Notes: generated by a model not told the origin, from the letters alone. 64,000 nt of DNA from Halanaerobiales bacterium (GCA_034521955.1 JAXHLT010000004.1:71511-135510), one strand, 5' to 3'. Shown: positions 11,519 to 22,118, counted from the first letter of the stretch. Made by a program: numbers and translations.

Positions 11519-11812
11519 ATGTCAAATCCCATTAACCCAAACACCTTATTACCAATGTCACTGGAAGTAGAAAGAATAGAGCAGATTAGACAAGTCCATA
11601 ATTCTAATGAGCAAAAAACACTTTCTCAAATACAGCAAGAAAAACAGGAAAAAGAAAAAAAGTCTGTTCACAAAAAAGAAAAAAGTGAAAACTTAATTAT
11701 TAATAAAGATAATCAAGGAAATTCAAAGAGGCGAAACAAGAAAAATAAAGATGATGATGAAGATGATAATACAAACCAAGGTAAAGGTTCAGTTATTGAT
11801 GTTAGGGTTTAG
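11519..11812 (+). CDS. Hypothetical flagellar-operon protein ending in GKGSVIDVRV
   Basis: Strong RBS (AGGAGG); operonic. Confidence 0.75.
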   Translation: MSNPINPNTLLPMSLEVERIEQIRQVHNSNEQKTLSQIQQEKQEKEKKSVHKKEKSENLIINKDNQGNSKRRNKKNKDDDEDDNTNQGKGSVIDVRV

Positions 11813-11827
11813 AAATGGAGTGATTTT

Positions 11828-12142
11828 ATGGCCTGGATAGTGGTTTTAATTGCTATCAATATATTTAACAGTAATTCCAGGTTAAAGTATAAAGAAAACT
11901 TAATAACTTCATTAACCAAAAGAAAAACTAAGAAGTTAGTTAAAAGACGCCTGGATGAAAAAGAAGACAGAGAGAAGTTGAAAAAAAGTATAAGTAAGCT
12001 TAATAGAAAACATCAGGCTGTTTTAAGAAAATACAGAAGAGACAAAAGTGTGAAAAAGATAGCAAAAAGTTTAAAATTAGGTATTAGAGAAACAAGGTTG
12101 GTAATAAAACTTTATTACAGAAAAGGAGGTGAAACATTATGA
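11828..12142 (+). CDS. Hypothetical membrane-anchored protein with C-terminal HTH-like segment
   Basis: N-terminal hydrophobic stretch; SVKKIAKSLKLGIRETRLVIKL; overlaps the flgF start. Confidence 0.65.
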   Translation: MAWIVVLIAINIFNSNSRLKYKENLITSLTKRKTKKLVKRRLDEKEDREKLKKSISKLNRKHQAVLRKYRRDKSVKKIAKSLKLGIRETRLVIKLYYRKGGETL

Positions 12143-12891
12143 TAAGAGGTCTTTATACATCGGCTTCAGCAATGCAGACTAATTTAAAAAGAATGGATGT
12201 AACATCAAATAATCTAGCAAATGTTGATACTGATGGATATAAAAAGGATGGTACTGTCCAAAGAACTTTTAGTGAAATGTTAATCTCAAGGTATGATAAA
12301 AATGGGAAAGAAGAACTAGGTGCTTTAGGTACCGGAGTTGAAGTTGACGAAAGTTATACTAATTTTAAAGAAGGCAATATTCAGCATACAAATAACAAAT
12401 TAGACTTAGCAGTTAAAGGCAGCGGCTTTTTTGCCTTAGAGACTCCAGAAGGAATAAGATACTCTAGAAATGGTAATTTTTATCTTAATGATGAAAATCA
12501 AGTTGTTGATAGTCAAGGGAACTTTCTTTTAAATCAAAACAATGAACCCATTCAAATCGTTCCGGGTCGTGAAATTTCTATCGATCAACAGGGTCAGATA
12601 TTTCTAGGAGAACTTGAAGGTGAAACAATAAATTTAGTAGATTTTGAAAACTATGACCAATTAACAAAAATAGGCAACAACTTATATCAAACTGAAGAAG
12701 GTATTGAAGAGATTGAACCAGAAGGAAGCAGTATTATGCAGGGTTATCTTGAAGGATCAAATGTAAATGTTGTTGAAGAAATGGCAAGTATGATTGAAGT
12801 TACAAGGGCTTATGAGTCAAATCAAAAGGTTATCCAGACCATCGATAACACTCTCGATAAGGCTGTTAACGATGTGGGTAGATTAGCTTAA
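12139..12891 (+). CDS. flgF: Flagellar basal-body rod protein FlgF (FlhO-like)
   Basis: SNNLANVDT, YSRNGNF, LEGSNVNVVEEM motifs. Confidence 0.9.
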   Translation: MIRGLYTSASAMQTNLKRMDVTSNNLANVDTDGYKKDGTVQRTFSEMLISRYDKNGKEELGALGTGVEVDESYTNFKEGNIQHTNNKLDLAVKGSGFFALETPEGIRYSRNGNFYLNDENQVVDSQGNFLLNQNNEPIQIVPGREISIDQQGQIFLGELEGETINLVDFENYDQLTKIGNNLYQTEEGIEEIEPEGSSIMQGYLEGSNVNVVEEMASMIEVTRAYESNQKVIQTIDNTLDKAVNDVGRLA

Positions 12892-12989
12892 AAAAAATAA
12901 AAGGTACAGCTGGACCAGTGATTGGAAGCTGTATTACAACTACTGACTGACAGAGGTAGTTATTAAAAATTCCAAGGAGGAATTATAAA

Positions 12990-13772
12990 ATGATAGGAGC
13001 ACTATGGACTGCTGCAACAGGGATGAATTCTCAACAAACAAGTATAAATGTTACTTCCAATAACTTGGCAAATGTAAATACAGGTGGATTTAAAAAAAGC
13101 AGAGTTAACTTTGCTGATTTAATGTATAGAACTGTAAGACAACCAGGTACACCAAACGCACAAGGTGCACAAGTACCGGTTGGAATTGAAATTGGACATG
13201 GTTCAAAGGTTTCAGCAACACAAAAAATATTTACATCAGGCAATGTTAGAAGTACTGAAAACCCATTGGATTTATTAATAGAAGGTGATGGTTTCTTTCA
13301 AGTAATGAAACCTGATGGAACTGTGTCATATACGAAAAATGGATCATTTAAAAGAGATAGTACAGGTAGAGTGGTAACTGAAGATGGTTATCCTCTACAA
13401 CCTGAGATTGTAATTCCGGAAGATGCAACTGATATTTCAATTACTTCTGATGGAACTGTTAATATAAAAACAGGTGGTACCACAGAACAAATTGGTAATA
13501 TTCAACTATATAGATTTGCTAATCCAGCCGGATTAAACAGTGAGGGACGTAATTTGTTTGCACAAACCGTTGCTTCAGGAGACCCACAAACAGGAGTTCC
13601 GGGAGAACAGGGTTTTGGTGCAATCAGCCAGGGATTTATTGAAATGTCTAATGTTAAAGTTGTTGAAGAAATGGTTGATATGATTTCTGCACAACGTGCT
13701 TATGATGTAAATTCAAAAGCAATTCAAGCTGCAGATGAAATGCTAAAAACTGCTAATCAATTAAGAAGATAA
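12990..13772 (+). CDS. flgG: Flagellar distal rod protein FlgG
   Basis: SNNLANVNT, FADLMY, GFIEMSNVKVVEEMV motifs. Confidence 0.95.
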   Translation: MIGALWTAATGMNSQQTSINVTSNNLANVNTGGFKKSRVNFADLMYRTVRQPGTPNAQGAQVPVGIEIGHGSKVSATQKIFTSGNVRSTENPLDLLIEGDGFFQVMKPDGTVSYTKNGSFKRDSTGRVVTEDGYPLQPEIVIPEDATDISITSDGTVNIKTGGTTEQIGNIQLYRFANPAGLNSEGRNLFAQTVASGDPQTGVPGEQGFGAISQGFIEMSNVKVVEEMVDMISAQRAYDVNSKAIQAADEMLKTANQLRR

Positions 13773-13788
13773 TCTATTAGATAAGGGT

Positions 13789-14772
13789 ATGATTAAGTTG
13801 GTTAAATTTAAAAATATATTAATAATATTAGTCATAATGATACTTTCTCTATCTTTTAGTATAAAAGCTTTTGAAATTAGTGTAGATAAAGAAGTATATG
13901 TAAAAGACAGTAATATACTTTTAAAAGATATAGCGGAATTTAATAATATATCAAAAAATGATTTGAAAAATATACAGAATCTTGAACTTGGAAAGTCACC
14001 ACTACCGGGATATAAAAAATATATTAATAAAGAATTATTTAAACTATTAATAAAAAAACTAGGATATAATAAAAATCAATATAATTTAAATATCCCAAAC
14101 CAAGTAGTTGTTAAAAGAAAGTCAAGACAAGTTAATTCAACTGAAGTAGAAAGTCATATAAAGAGATATTTATCAAATATTTTAGATGATATAACTGATG
14201 AATATTCAATAAGTGTAAATTTCAGGCAAAAACAAATTACTATTCCTGATAAACAATATAGTATTGAAATAATAGGTGATAGAGAAATAAAGACCGGTAA
14301 AATGACCGTACCAACTGCAGTAATAATTGATAACAATGAATACAAAAGATTTTATGTTCCAGTTGAAATAAAGGCCTTTAAAAAGGCCTATGTTGCAAAA
14401 AGATATATTTCTCAAGGTAGTAAAATTAATAGAGATGATTATGAATTTAAGTTAGTGGAAATAGATAGCCTGGATGACAGTGATATTATAAAAAAAGATA
14501 CAGATCTTTTTAATAATAAAGTAGAACTCTCATATTCATTAAAACAGGGAGACATATTAAAGAAAAACAACTATAATACAACATATTTAATAAACTGGGG
14601 AGATCAAATTCAGGCTCAGGTAATTGTGGGGGATATTGAACTTTCACTGATGGTAACTGCTCGTGAAAGAGGTAAAATGGGTGAGTATGTAAAAGTAGAA
14701 AATCCAAAAAATAACCATCAGTTTAATGCAAAGGTCATAAGCCCTCAACTTGTACAGGTGATTAAGGATTAA
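13789..14772 (+). CDS. flgA: Flagellar P-ring formation chaperone FlgA
   Basis: Signal peptide; SAF-like C-terminus (A.E.G..GEYVKVEN); lies between flgG and flgH. Confidence 0.85.
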   Translation: MIKLVKFKNILIILVIMILSLSFSIKAFEISVDKEVYVKDSNILLKDIAEFNNISKNDLKNIQNLELGKSPLPGYKKYINKELFKLLIKKLGYNKNQYNLNIPNQVVVKRKSRQVNSTEVESHIKRYLSNILDDITDEYSISVNFRQKQITIPDKQYSIEIIGDREIKTGKMTVPTAVIIDNNEYKRFYVPVEIKAFKKAYVAKRYISQGSKINRDDYEFKLVEIDSLDDSDIIKKDTDLFNNKVELSYSLKQGDILKKNNYNTTYLINWGDQIQAQVIVGDIELSLMVTARERGKMGEYVKVENPKNNHQFNAKVISPQLVQVIKD

Positions 14773-14790
14773 AGAAAGGGGAATAAAAAA

Positions 14791-15375
14791 GTGAAAAAAC
14801 TGTTAATACTATTAATAATTCCCGTTATGCTATTTACAATAAATACAGCTGTTTTTGCAGAAAACAATTCACTGTGGAGTGATGACTCAGCAGACATCTA
14901 TAAAGATAGAAAAGAGTTGAATGTTGGAGATATAATTACTGTTTTGATCAAAGAAGATGCAAATGCAATTCAAAGTGCTAATACAAGCACAAGTCAAAAT
15001 AGCAGTATTGAAGCTGATGCTGGAATAGGATTTTTAAACTTCTTGAAAGCATTTGGATTTGGTTATTCAGACTCAGGTTCAGCTGATGGTCAAACAACTA
15101 GAAGTGGAACATTAGAAGCTGATATTACAACTCAAATTGTGAAAATAAATGATAATGAAAATTTAGAAATTGAAGGAATAAAAAATATTGATATAAATGG
15201 AGAAAAACAGACAATTAAACTTACAGGGACAATAAGACCGGAAGATATTTCATTAGATAATACAATATCATCAAGAAATATTGCAAAGGCTAATATTGAA
15301 TATCAAGGTGATGGACCTGTAGGAGATAAACAAAAGCCCGGACTTTTAGAGAGATTATTTAATTGGATTTTTTAA
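14791..15375 (+). CDS. flgH: Flagellar L-ring protein FlgH
   Basis: VGDIITVLIKE, GTIRPEDI, KPGLLERLF motifs. Confidence 0.93.
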   Translation: MKKLLILLIIPVMLFTINTAVFAENNSLWSDDSADIYKDRKELNVGDIITVLIKEDANAIQSANTSTSQNSSIEADAGIGFLNFLKAFGFGYSDSGSADGQTTRSGTLEADITTQIVKINDNENLEIEGIKNIDINGEKQTIKLTGTIRPEDISLDNTISSRNIAKANIEYQGDGPVGDKQKPGLLERLFNWIF

Positions 15376-15390
15376 GGAAGGTGAACTTAG

Positions 15391-16524
15391 TTGAACTTTA
15401 AAAATAGATATATTGTTTTATTATTAATCATAATTATGTTTTTACCTATCTTTTTTACTAACACCATTTATGCACAAAATGAAGATCCAATTGTAAAGAT
15501 CGGTAATATAACAAGAATACGTGGTATTAGAGATAACCAATTAGTTGGGTATGGAATTGTTGTAGGTCTTGCTGGTACAGGTGATTCAAATCGTAGTCAG
15601 GCTACTGTACAGAGTGTTGCAAATATGATGGGAAGTTTTAGTATTGATGTAACACCTGATCAAATCCGTAGTCAAAATCTAGCTGCTGTAATGCTTACTG
15701 CTAATTTACCACCCTTTGTTCATTCCGGTGATAGGATTGATGTAACAGTAAGTTCAATGGGAGATGCAGATTCTCTACAGGGTGGAACACTTATAATGTC
15801 ACCTCTAAGAGCAGCAAATAATGAAGTCTATGCAGTAGCACAAGGTCCTATTTCAATTGGAGGGTTTAATGCTCAAGGTGGAGGTGCCAGTGTTCGGCAA
15901 AACCATCCTACTGTAGGTAGAATGCCCAATGGTGCTTTAGTTGAAAAAGAAATTAACTTTGAATTAGATAAAGAAGAGCTAAGACTATTACTTCAAACTC
16001 CGAACTTTGATACTGCAAACAATATTGCAAATGCTATTAATGAAAAGCTGCAGTATAATAATATTGCACAGGCAGAAGATGCGGGAACTGTTGTTATAAA
16101 TGTTCCTGAAAACTATGATGATCGAGTAGTAGATTTTATTGCTCAGGTCAATAAAACTGAAGTAAGGACAAGCATGGAAGCAAAAGTAGTTATTGATGAG
16201 AGAACAGGAACTATTGTAATGAGTCACAATGTAAGAATTTCAACAGTTGCTGTTGCACATGGAAATATAACGGTAACTATAAAAACAAGTGAAGAAGTAT
16301 CTCAACCTCCATCATTTTCAGATGGTGAAACCAAAGTAACAACAGAAACTGAAATTGAGGTAGAAGAAGAGGAAGGAAATATTGTTGTAGTAAGTAATGA
16401 AAATACAATTAATGATCTTGTTACTGCTCTAAATACAATTGGAGCTACACCAAGAGATATAATTTCAATTCTCCAAAAAATTAAAGCAGCCGGTGCTCTT
16501 CATGGCAAGATAGAACTGATCTAA
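15391..16524 (+). CDS. flgI: Flagellar P-ring protein FlgI
   Basis: RDNQLVGYGIVVGLAGTGD, AAVMLTA, ILQKIKAAGAL motifs. Confidence 0.96.
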   Translation: MNFKNRYIVLLLIIIMFLPIFFTNTIYAQNEDPIVKIGNITRIRGIRDNQLVGYGIVVGLAGTGDSNRSQATVQSVANMMGSFSIDVTPDQIRSQNLAAVMLTANLPPFVHSGDRIDVTVSSMGDADSLQGGTLIMSPLRAANNEVYAVAQGPISIGGFNAQGGGASVRQNHPTVGRMPNGALVEKEINFELDKEELRLLLQTPNFDTANNIANAINEKLQYNNIAQAEDAGTVVINVPENYDDRVVDFIAQVNKTEVRTSMEAKVVIDERTGTIVMSHNVRISTVAVAHGNITVTIKTSEEVSQPPSFSDGETKVTTETEIEVEEEEGNIVVVSNENTINDLVTALNTIGATPRDIISILQKIKAAGALHGKIELI

Positions 16525-16539
16525 TTAGGAGTTGAAACA

Positions 16540-16860
16540 ATGGAAATTGATAACTATCAAAATATCAAAACTGAATTAGTTAAACAACAGACTGTTAATC
16601 AGAGTCAGTTGAAAAGTATGAACAGTAAGGATGATGACAAACTTAAAACAGCTATCTCACAGTTTACTTCAGTATTTGTAAAACTGATGTTTAAGTCAAT
16701 GCGTTCAACTCTACCGGAAGAAAGTTATATAGATGGAGGATATGCTGAAGAAGTATTTACTGATATGATGGATGAAGAAGTAAGTAAATTAGGTAGTAAA
16801 CAAAGTACTTTTAGTAACTTAAATAGGTTGATGTTTGAACAGTTAAATCAAGATGAGTAA
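16540..16860 (+). CDS. flgJ: Rod-binding protein FlgJ (short form, no muramidase domain)
   Basis: F.SVFVKLMFKSMR...EEVFTDMMDEE rod-binding motif. Confidence 0.88.
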   Translation: MEIDNYQNIKTELVKQQTVNQSQLKSMNSKDDDKLKTAISQFTSVFVKLMFKSMRSTLPEESYIDGGYAEEVFTDMMDEEVSKLGSKQSTFSNLNRLMFEQLNQDE

Positions 16861-16862
16861 AC

Positions 16863-16888
16863 AAAACCCCCTTTTAAAAGGGGGTTAA
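16863..16888. terminator. Intrinsic terminator closing the flagellar operon
   Basis: AACCCCCTTT-TA-AAAGGGGGTT hairpin between convergent genes. Confidence 0.75.
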
Positions 16889-16921
16889 GCTTTATCATTA
16901 TATTAAAAAATTATTATTAAC

Positions 16922-17477
16922 TTATCTATTAAATGAGCTTTTTATTTCAAAACCTACATAAAATACATTTAGATCCATTTTTTCTTCTTCAAAAAATGAA
17001 TTTGTATCTTCATCAAATTCCTTATAATTAGAAATATTGCTATTGAAACCAAAATAAACTTTTTTATCTTTTTGGAATTTATAGTCTAAAAACATTTTTA
17101 GCATATCAAATCTAAGCTCTTCTTTTTCATCTTCCATTGTTGCTTGCCAAGGAACAATGTCATAACTAATATGAAAGTATAAATTATCTCTTAAAGCAGT
17201 ATCAAAACCAACAATATAATTTGTACCAGAACATTTAGTAACAGCTTCCATAGTTACTATTATAATTCAATTTTGCAGCATTACCATAAATTCGATATTC
17301 ACCTTTAGAAAGCTCTGCCGGATCAATTGGCATTAAGTAGTCCATCTGCCAGTCATTTAACATCAGCATAGAGGTATAGTTTTCTGAAACCATACCAAAT
17401 TGAGCATATGTAGAACCACCTCCAAAAACTGTGAATATAAATAGAAACACGAGGGTAATTAATAAATATTTTTTCAT
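16922..17477 (-). CDS. Exported, probably outer-membrane beta-barrel protein, split by one frameshift (~17245)
   Basis: Signal peptide MKKYLLITLV...TYA|Q; amphipathic beta-strands (YIVGFD, LYFHISY, VYFGF, FYVGFEIK) in the downstream frame. Confidence 0.55.
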
Positions 17478-17598
17478 TAATAATCTTCCTTTCTTTTGCA
17501 GGATTTGTAAAATATTTAAAGAACTATAAATAATTATAACAAACATTAATAATTTAAAGAATTACCCGAAAGTATAATATTTAATCTGGAGTGGTAAA

Positions 17599-18360
17599 AT
17601 GTATACTTTATCTAATAAGGAATGGAATCATATTTTTAATTTAATCTTAAAAACAGGGATGCAGAACACTTTAGACAGTTATATCAATACAGTTTTAAAA
17701 GAAATTGAAACTTTGATACCTTATTATGCTGCAAATTTTTTTATGTATAACACTAATAAGGAAGTTATGGGTCAACCAAAGTGCATAAATATGAAAAATA
17801 GTTTAATTCAAGATTATGAAAAGTATTATCATAAAATAGATGATATAAAAGATAAAACCTTTGATATAAAGGTACCGATAAAAAGCACTAATATTATGGA
17901 CTATAGATACTGGAAAAACACGGAGTACTTCACTGATTTTTTAGCTAAAAACAGATTATATTATTCATGTGGTGTTGATATTCATTATGATAATAAGTTA
18001 TTGGGTACAATTGGATTATTTAGAGAAAAAAGTGATTTAGATTATACAGAAAAAGATTTAATAATATTAAATATAATAAAACCCCATCTAGCAAATCAGA
18101 TGTATAAACTGTTTATCTTAAATGGCATATTTAATAATTTGAAAATAAGTAAAAAGTTAGACAAAGGAAAAAATAGATTTAATCTAACAAACCGTGAAGT
18201 AGATGTAGTAAAACAGATTCTTGATGGGAAAAACAACTATCAGGTAGCAAAGAATTTATTTGTCTCAATTAATACAGTTAAAAAACATCTAATGAATATC
18301 TATAAAAAGGCGGATGTTAATAATAGGACTGAATTAACATCATTAATATTTAATCTTTAA
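17599..18360 (+). CDS. LuxR-family regulator with N-terminal GAF/ligand-binding domain
   Basis: C-terminal LTNREVDV...N.QVAKNLFVSINTVKKHLMNIYKK HTH. Confidence 0.9.
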   Translation: MYTLSNKEWNHIFNLILKTGMQNTLDSYINTVLKEIETLIPYYAANFFMYNTNKEVMGQPKCINMKNSLIQDYEKYYHKIDDIKDKTFDIKVPIKSTNIMDYRYWKNTEYFTDFLAKNRLYYSCGVDIHYDNKLLGTIGLFREKSDLDYTEKDLIILNIIKPHLANQMYKLFILNGIFNNLKISKKLDKGKNRFNLTNREVDVVKQILDGKNNYQVAKNLFVSINTVKKHLMNIYKKADVNNRTELTSLIFNL

Positions 18361-18464
18361 TTTAATAGAAAATTAAGTTTCTATATGGAAGGAAATAAGG
18401 CTTCACTTATTGAATAATAACTATAAGTAGTAAATTATCATACCTTATGAGAGGAGGAATAAGA

Positions 18465-18755
18465 ATGGATAATAATTTAGTTTCTAATATGAGATATGTC
18501 TTAATAAAAGCAAAAAATGCTCATCATAAGTATGAACAAAATGTGTTAGATGGAAAGTTTGATAAAGATTGGTATAAGTGGTATGCGGACTTCATTTTAA
18601 ACAGTAATATTAAAAATGAACTAAAGAAAAATATTACTGAAGAAGAAATGGAAAGTTATCTAAAAGAAGTTACTGATGAGTATAGTGAAAAAGAACCTGA
18701 AGAAGATTGGGAGGATTATACTGCAGAGAAGTTAATCACCCACTTTGTAGAATAG
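18465..18755 (+). CDS. Hypothetical acidic protein
   Basis: RBS GAGGAGG; AH..YE...GKFDKDWYKWYA motif; followed by a hairpin. Confidence 0.75.
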   Translation: MDNNLVSNMRYVLIKAKNAHHKYEQNVLDGKFDKDWYKWYADFILNSNIKNELKKNITEEEMESYLKEVTDEYSEKEPEEDWEDYTAEKLITHFVE

Positions 18756-18796
18756 ATATATTAAGGCAGAAAGGAAGAATATACTCTCCTTTCTGT

Positions 18797-19027
18797 CTAT
18801 AAAAATAATCTAACTAAGTAAATAACTAAGTTTATTATAATAGAGATTATTATCATAGAAGTTATCGGAAAAAAGAACTTAAAGTTTTGCTTTTCAATCC
18901 TAATATCACCCGGCAGCCTACCAAACCAGCTGAGATTAATATCAAAATATGTGAATAAAAAACCTAAAAATGCAATTATTAATCCTATGTAAATTAAAAA
19001 CTTTGGCCAGTTAAATTGACTATTCAT
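18797..19027 (-). CDS. DUF2905-family small membrane protein
   Basis: WFGRLPGDIRIEK.NFKFFFPITS motif. Confidence 0.88.
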   Translation of the reverse strand: MNSQFNWPKFLIYIGLIIAFLGFLFTYFDINLSWFGRLPGDIRIEKQNFKFFFPITSMIIISIIINLVIYLVRLFL

Positions 19028-19110
19028 ATTATCAATCTCCTCAATTATTGTTTACTATCTATATTATATTAATATCTCCTATATATTTCAATAAAGAGAA
19101 GAGGCTAAAA

Positions 19111-20427
19111 ATGTCTGATAAATTAGATATAAATGATTTAAAAAAGAAACACCCGCTCTTAGATAAAATAATTAAAACTAAAGAGGTTTTATGGATTAAT
19201 CCTGATTATAATAAAGAAGATAATTCTGAAAACTTTAATTTAAGACTTGAAGATATAATTGATGCTGATCAAAGGTTAAAAAGATTTGCACCCTATATAA
19301 AAAAAGTTTTTTTAGAAACAGAACCCTCTGAAGGTATAATAGAATCAAAGCTGCAAGAATTAAATTCTTTTAAATCAGTATTAAATGAACTTTTTAATAT
19401 TGACCTTAAAGGAAATTTTTTTGTAAAAAGAGATGATAGTTTACCTATTGCAGGTTCAATTAAGGCACGTGGCGGTATTTATGAGGTTTTAAAACATGCT
19501 GAAGAATTAGCCTTGGATAATAATTTAATAGATATAGATAATAACTATGAAATTTTTGCAAAAGAAAAATTCAAAAAGTTTTTTTCTAATTATTCAATAC
19601 AAGTTGGATCTACCGGAAATTTAGGCCTAAGTATTGGTATCATGGGTTCTACATTAGGCTTTAAAACAACTGTACATATGTCTAATGATGCCAAAGAGTG
19701 GAAAAAAGAACTCTTAAGAAAAAATAATGTGCTTGTCAGAGAATATCAATCAGATTACAGTCTTGCAGTAAAAAAAGGAAGAGAAGAATCCAAAAGTAAT
19801 CCTAGATCATATTTTATTGATGATGAAAAATCAAAAGATTTGTTTTTAGGTTATGCAGTTGCTGCTCTTAGACTAAAAGAACAGTTCAAAAAACAAAACA
19901 TAAAAATTGACCGTAACAATCCACTTATTGTCTATCTTCCTTGTGGAGTTGGTGGAGGTCCGGGTGGAATTTGTTATGGCCTTAAAAAAGTGTTTGCTGA
20001 TAATGTATACTGTTTTTTTGCTGAACCTACCCATTCACCTGCAATGTTAATCGGCATGTTAACCGGTCTACATGATAAAATATCAGTTCAAGACTTTGGT
20101 ATTGATAATATAACACAAGCAGATGGATTAGCAGTTGGAACTCCTTCAGCTTTTGTAGGAAAGATTATGAAAAATCTTTTAAGTGGAATCTATACTATTT
20201 CAGATGACAGGTTATTTACTTTATTAAAAGAAGTTTTTGAACATGAAAATATTAAATTAGAACCGTCTGCATTAGCAGGATTTTACGGACCTGTTGTATT
20301 AAACAAAAGAAATAATTTAAATAAATATAAAAAAATAGTGCAAAATAAAGAAGCAATACATCTAATTTGGTCGACAGGTGGAAGTATGGTACCAGAAGAT
20401 GAGTTTAATAAATACTTAGATAAATAG
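19111..20427 (+). CDS. dsdA: D-serine ammonia-lyase
   Basis: PLP lysine motif LPIAGSIKARGG; GSTGNLGLSIG; LPCGVGGGPGG. Confidence 0.95.
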   Translation: MSDKLDINDLKKKHPLLDKIIKTKEVLWINPDYNKEDNSENFNLRLEDIIDADQRLKRFAPYIKKVFLETEPSEGIIESKLQELNSFKSVLNELFNIDLKGNFFVKRDDSLPIAGSIKARGGIYEVLKHAEELALDNNLIDIDNNYEIFAKEKFKKFFSNYSIQVGSTGNLGLSIGIMGSTLGFKTTVHMSNDAKEWKKELLRKNNVLVREYQSDYSLAVKKGREESKSNPRSYFIDDEKSKDLFLGYAVAALRLKEQFKKQNIKIDRNNPLIVYLPCGVGGGPGGICYGLKKVFADNVYCFFAEPTHSPAMLIGMLTGLHDKISVQDFGIDNITQADGLAVGTPSAFVGKIMKNLLSGIYTISDDRLFTLLKEVFEHENIKLEPSALAGFYGPVVLNKRNNLNKYKKIVQNKEAIHLIWSTGGSMVPEDEFNKYLDK

Positions 20428-20446
20428 GATTAGGGAGTAGTTGAAT

Positions 20447-22096
20447 ATGAAAAACATACTAAAAAAACATTTTTTTACAAAAATACAAAGAGAAAAATAG
20501 AACAATATTTATAATAATTTTAGCCTATATATTAGCAGGTTTTTTGGTATATTATACAGGTGGGACAAGACAAAGTTACCTACATATAATATATATACCT
20601 ATTTTAATAACTGCTTACTATTATAAAAGACTAGGTGGTTTTTTAGCAGGAATTGCTGCTGGTATAATATTGGGTCCCTTTATGCCACTTAATACGGAAA
20701 CAATGTTAATGCAGGAAGCTGTAAACTGGTTGTTTAGAATGCTATCTTTTATACTTATAGGAACATTTGCCGGTTTATTATTTGATCATTTAGAGGATCA
20801 ACTAGAAAAAATTAATCAAATAGCATATTATGAGGAAAATACTGGTCTACCTAATAAAACCAAATTTAAACAAGTGGTTGCTAATAAAGTAAAAAGGAAG
20901 GAAGAATTTCATGTTATTATATTGAGTATAAATAACTATTCAGATATATATAAAGTTATCGGTTCTAAAAATTTTCCTAGGTTTATTAAAAAGATGGTAA
21001 ATAATATCAAAAAATATAAAGAATTTGATAGCAATCTCTATTATATAAATGATAGTAAGTATGTAATGTTTGTAAAGAAATTTAAAAAAGATGAAATGAT
21101 AAAAAAATTAAGAGACTTTAATAATTTTTTAAATAAACCTGTGGAATTTGAAAATATATCTATTTTTACTGATATAGTAATGGGAGTTTCAACATATCCT
21201 GAAACAGGAAATAGCTGTGACCAATTAATTGAAAGGGCCTTTTTGGCTCTTGAAAAAGTAGATAGAAAGAAAATAAACTTCTGGATATTTGAAGAAACTG
21301 AAATAGATATAAACTATAACAATATAGAATTATTAGGTGATGTTGATAATTCTTTAAAAAATGATCACTTTGAACTATATTATCAACCTAAGATCAACTT
21401 AAAAAATGATACGATAGATACTTATGAAGCATTAATTAGATGGAATCATCCTCAGAAAGGTTTTATTGAACCAAGAGAGTTTATTTCTAAAGTAGAACAA
21501 AGTAGTTTAATTGAACCTTTAACAGAATGGGTTGTAAAAAGAAGTATTGAAGATATTAAATCAAAAAAAGATATTTTCAATGATGAAAACATAAATATAG
21601 GAATTAATATTTCAGCCCGTAACTTTCAGGATCCACTCTTTATAGATATGTTATTTAATAACTTTGAGAAATATAATTTTGACCCTGCAAAATTTGCAAT
21701 TGAGATAACTGAAACTGATTTAATGTTAGATATGGAAACAAACATAAAAAAACTTAATCAATTGAGAGCTAAGGGTGTAAAAATATATTTAGATGACTTT
21801 GGAAAAGGCTATTCTTCATTAAAGTATTTAAAAAATTACCAATTGATTTTATTAAAATTGATATATCATTTATTAGTGGAATAGAAGAGACTCAAGCAAA
21901 GAGAGATATTGTGCTTTCTATTATTAGGTTAAGCCATGCACTGGATATGAATGTTGTAGCTGAGGGAGTAGAAACAAAAACCCAGCTAGATTATTTAAAA
22001 GAAGTGGGTTGTGATTATGCTCAGGGATATTATTTTACAAAACCTGGTAGTAAAGAGGATATGGCGAAGTGGGTAGTTGAATATAATAATAAATAA
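20447..22096 (+). CDS. Membrane-bound degenerate-GGDEF/EAL c-di-GMP phosphodiesterase, with frameshifts in A/T runs (~20470, ~21833)
   Basis: YEALIRW, EITE, DDFGKGYSS; KKLPIDFIKID...VVAEGVET continues in the shifted frame; GGDEF position reads INDSK. Confidence 0.85.
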
Positions 22097-22118
22097 AAAT
22101 AAAGTGTGATAAATCAAA

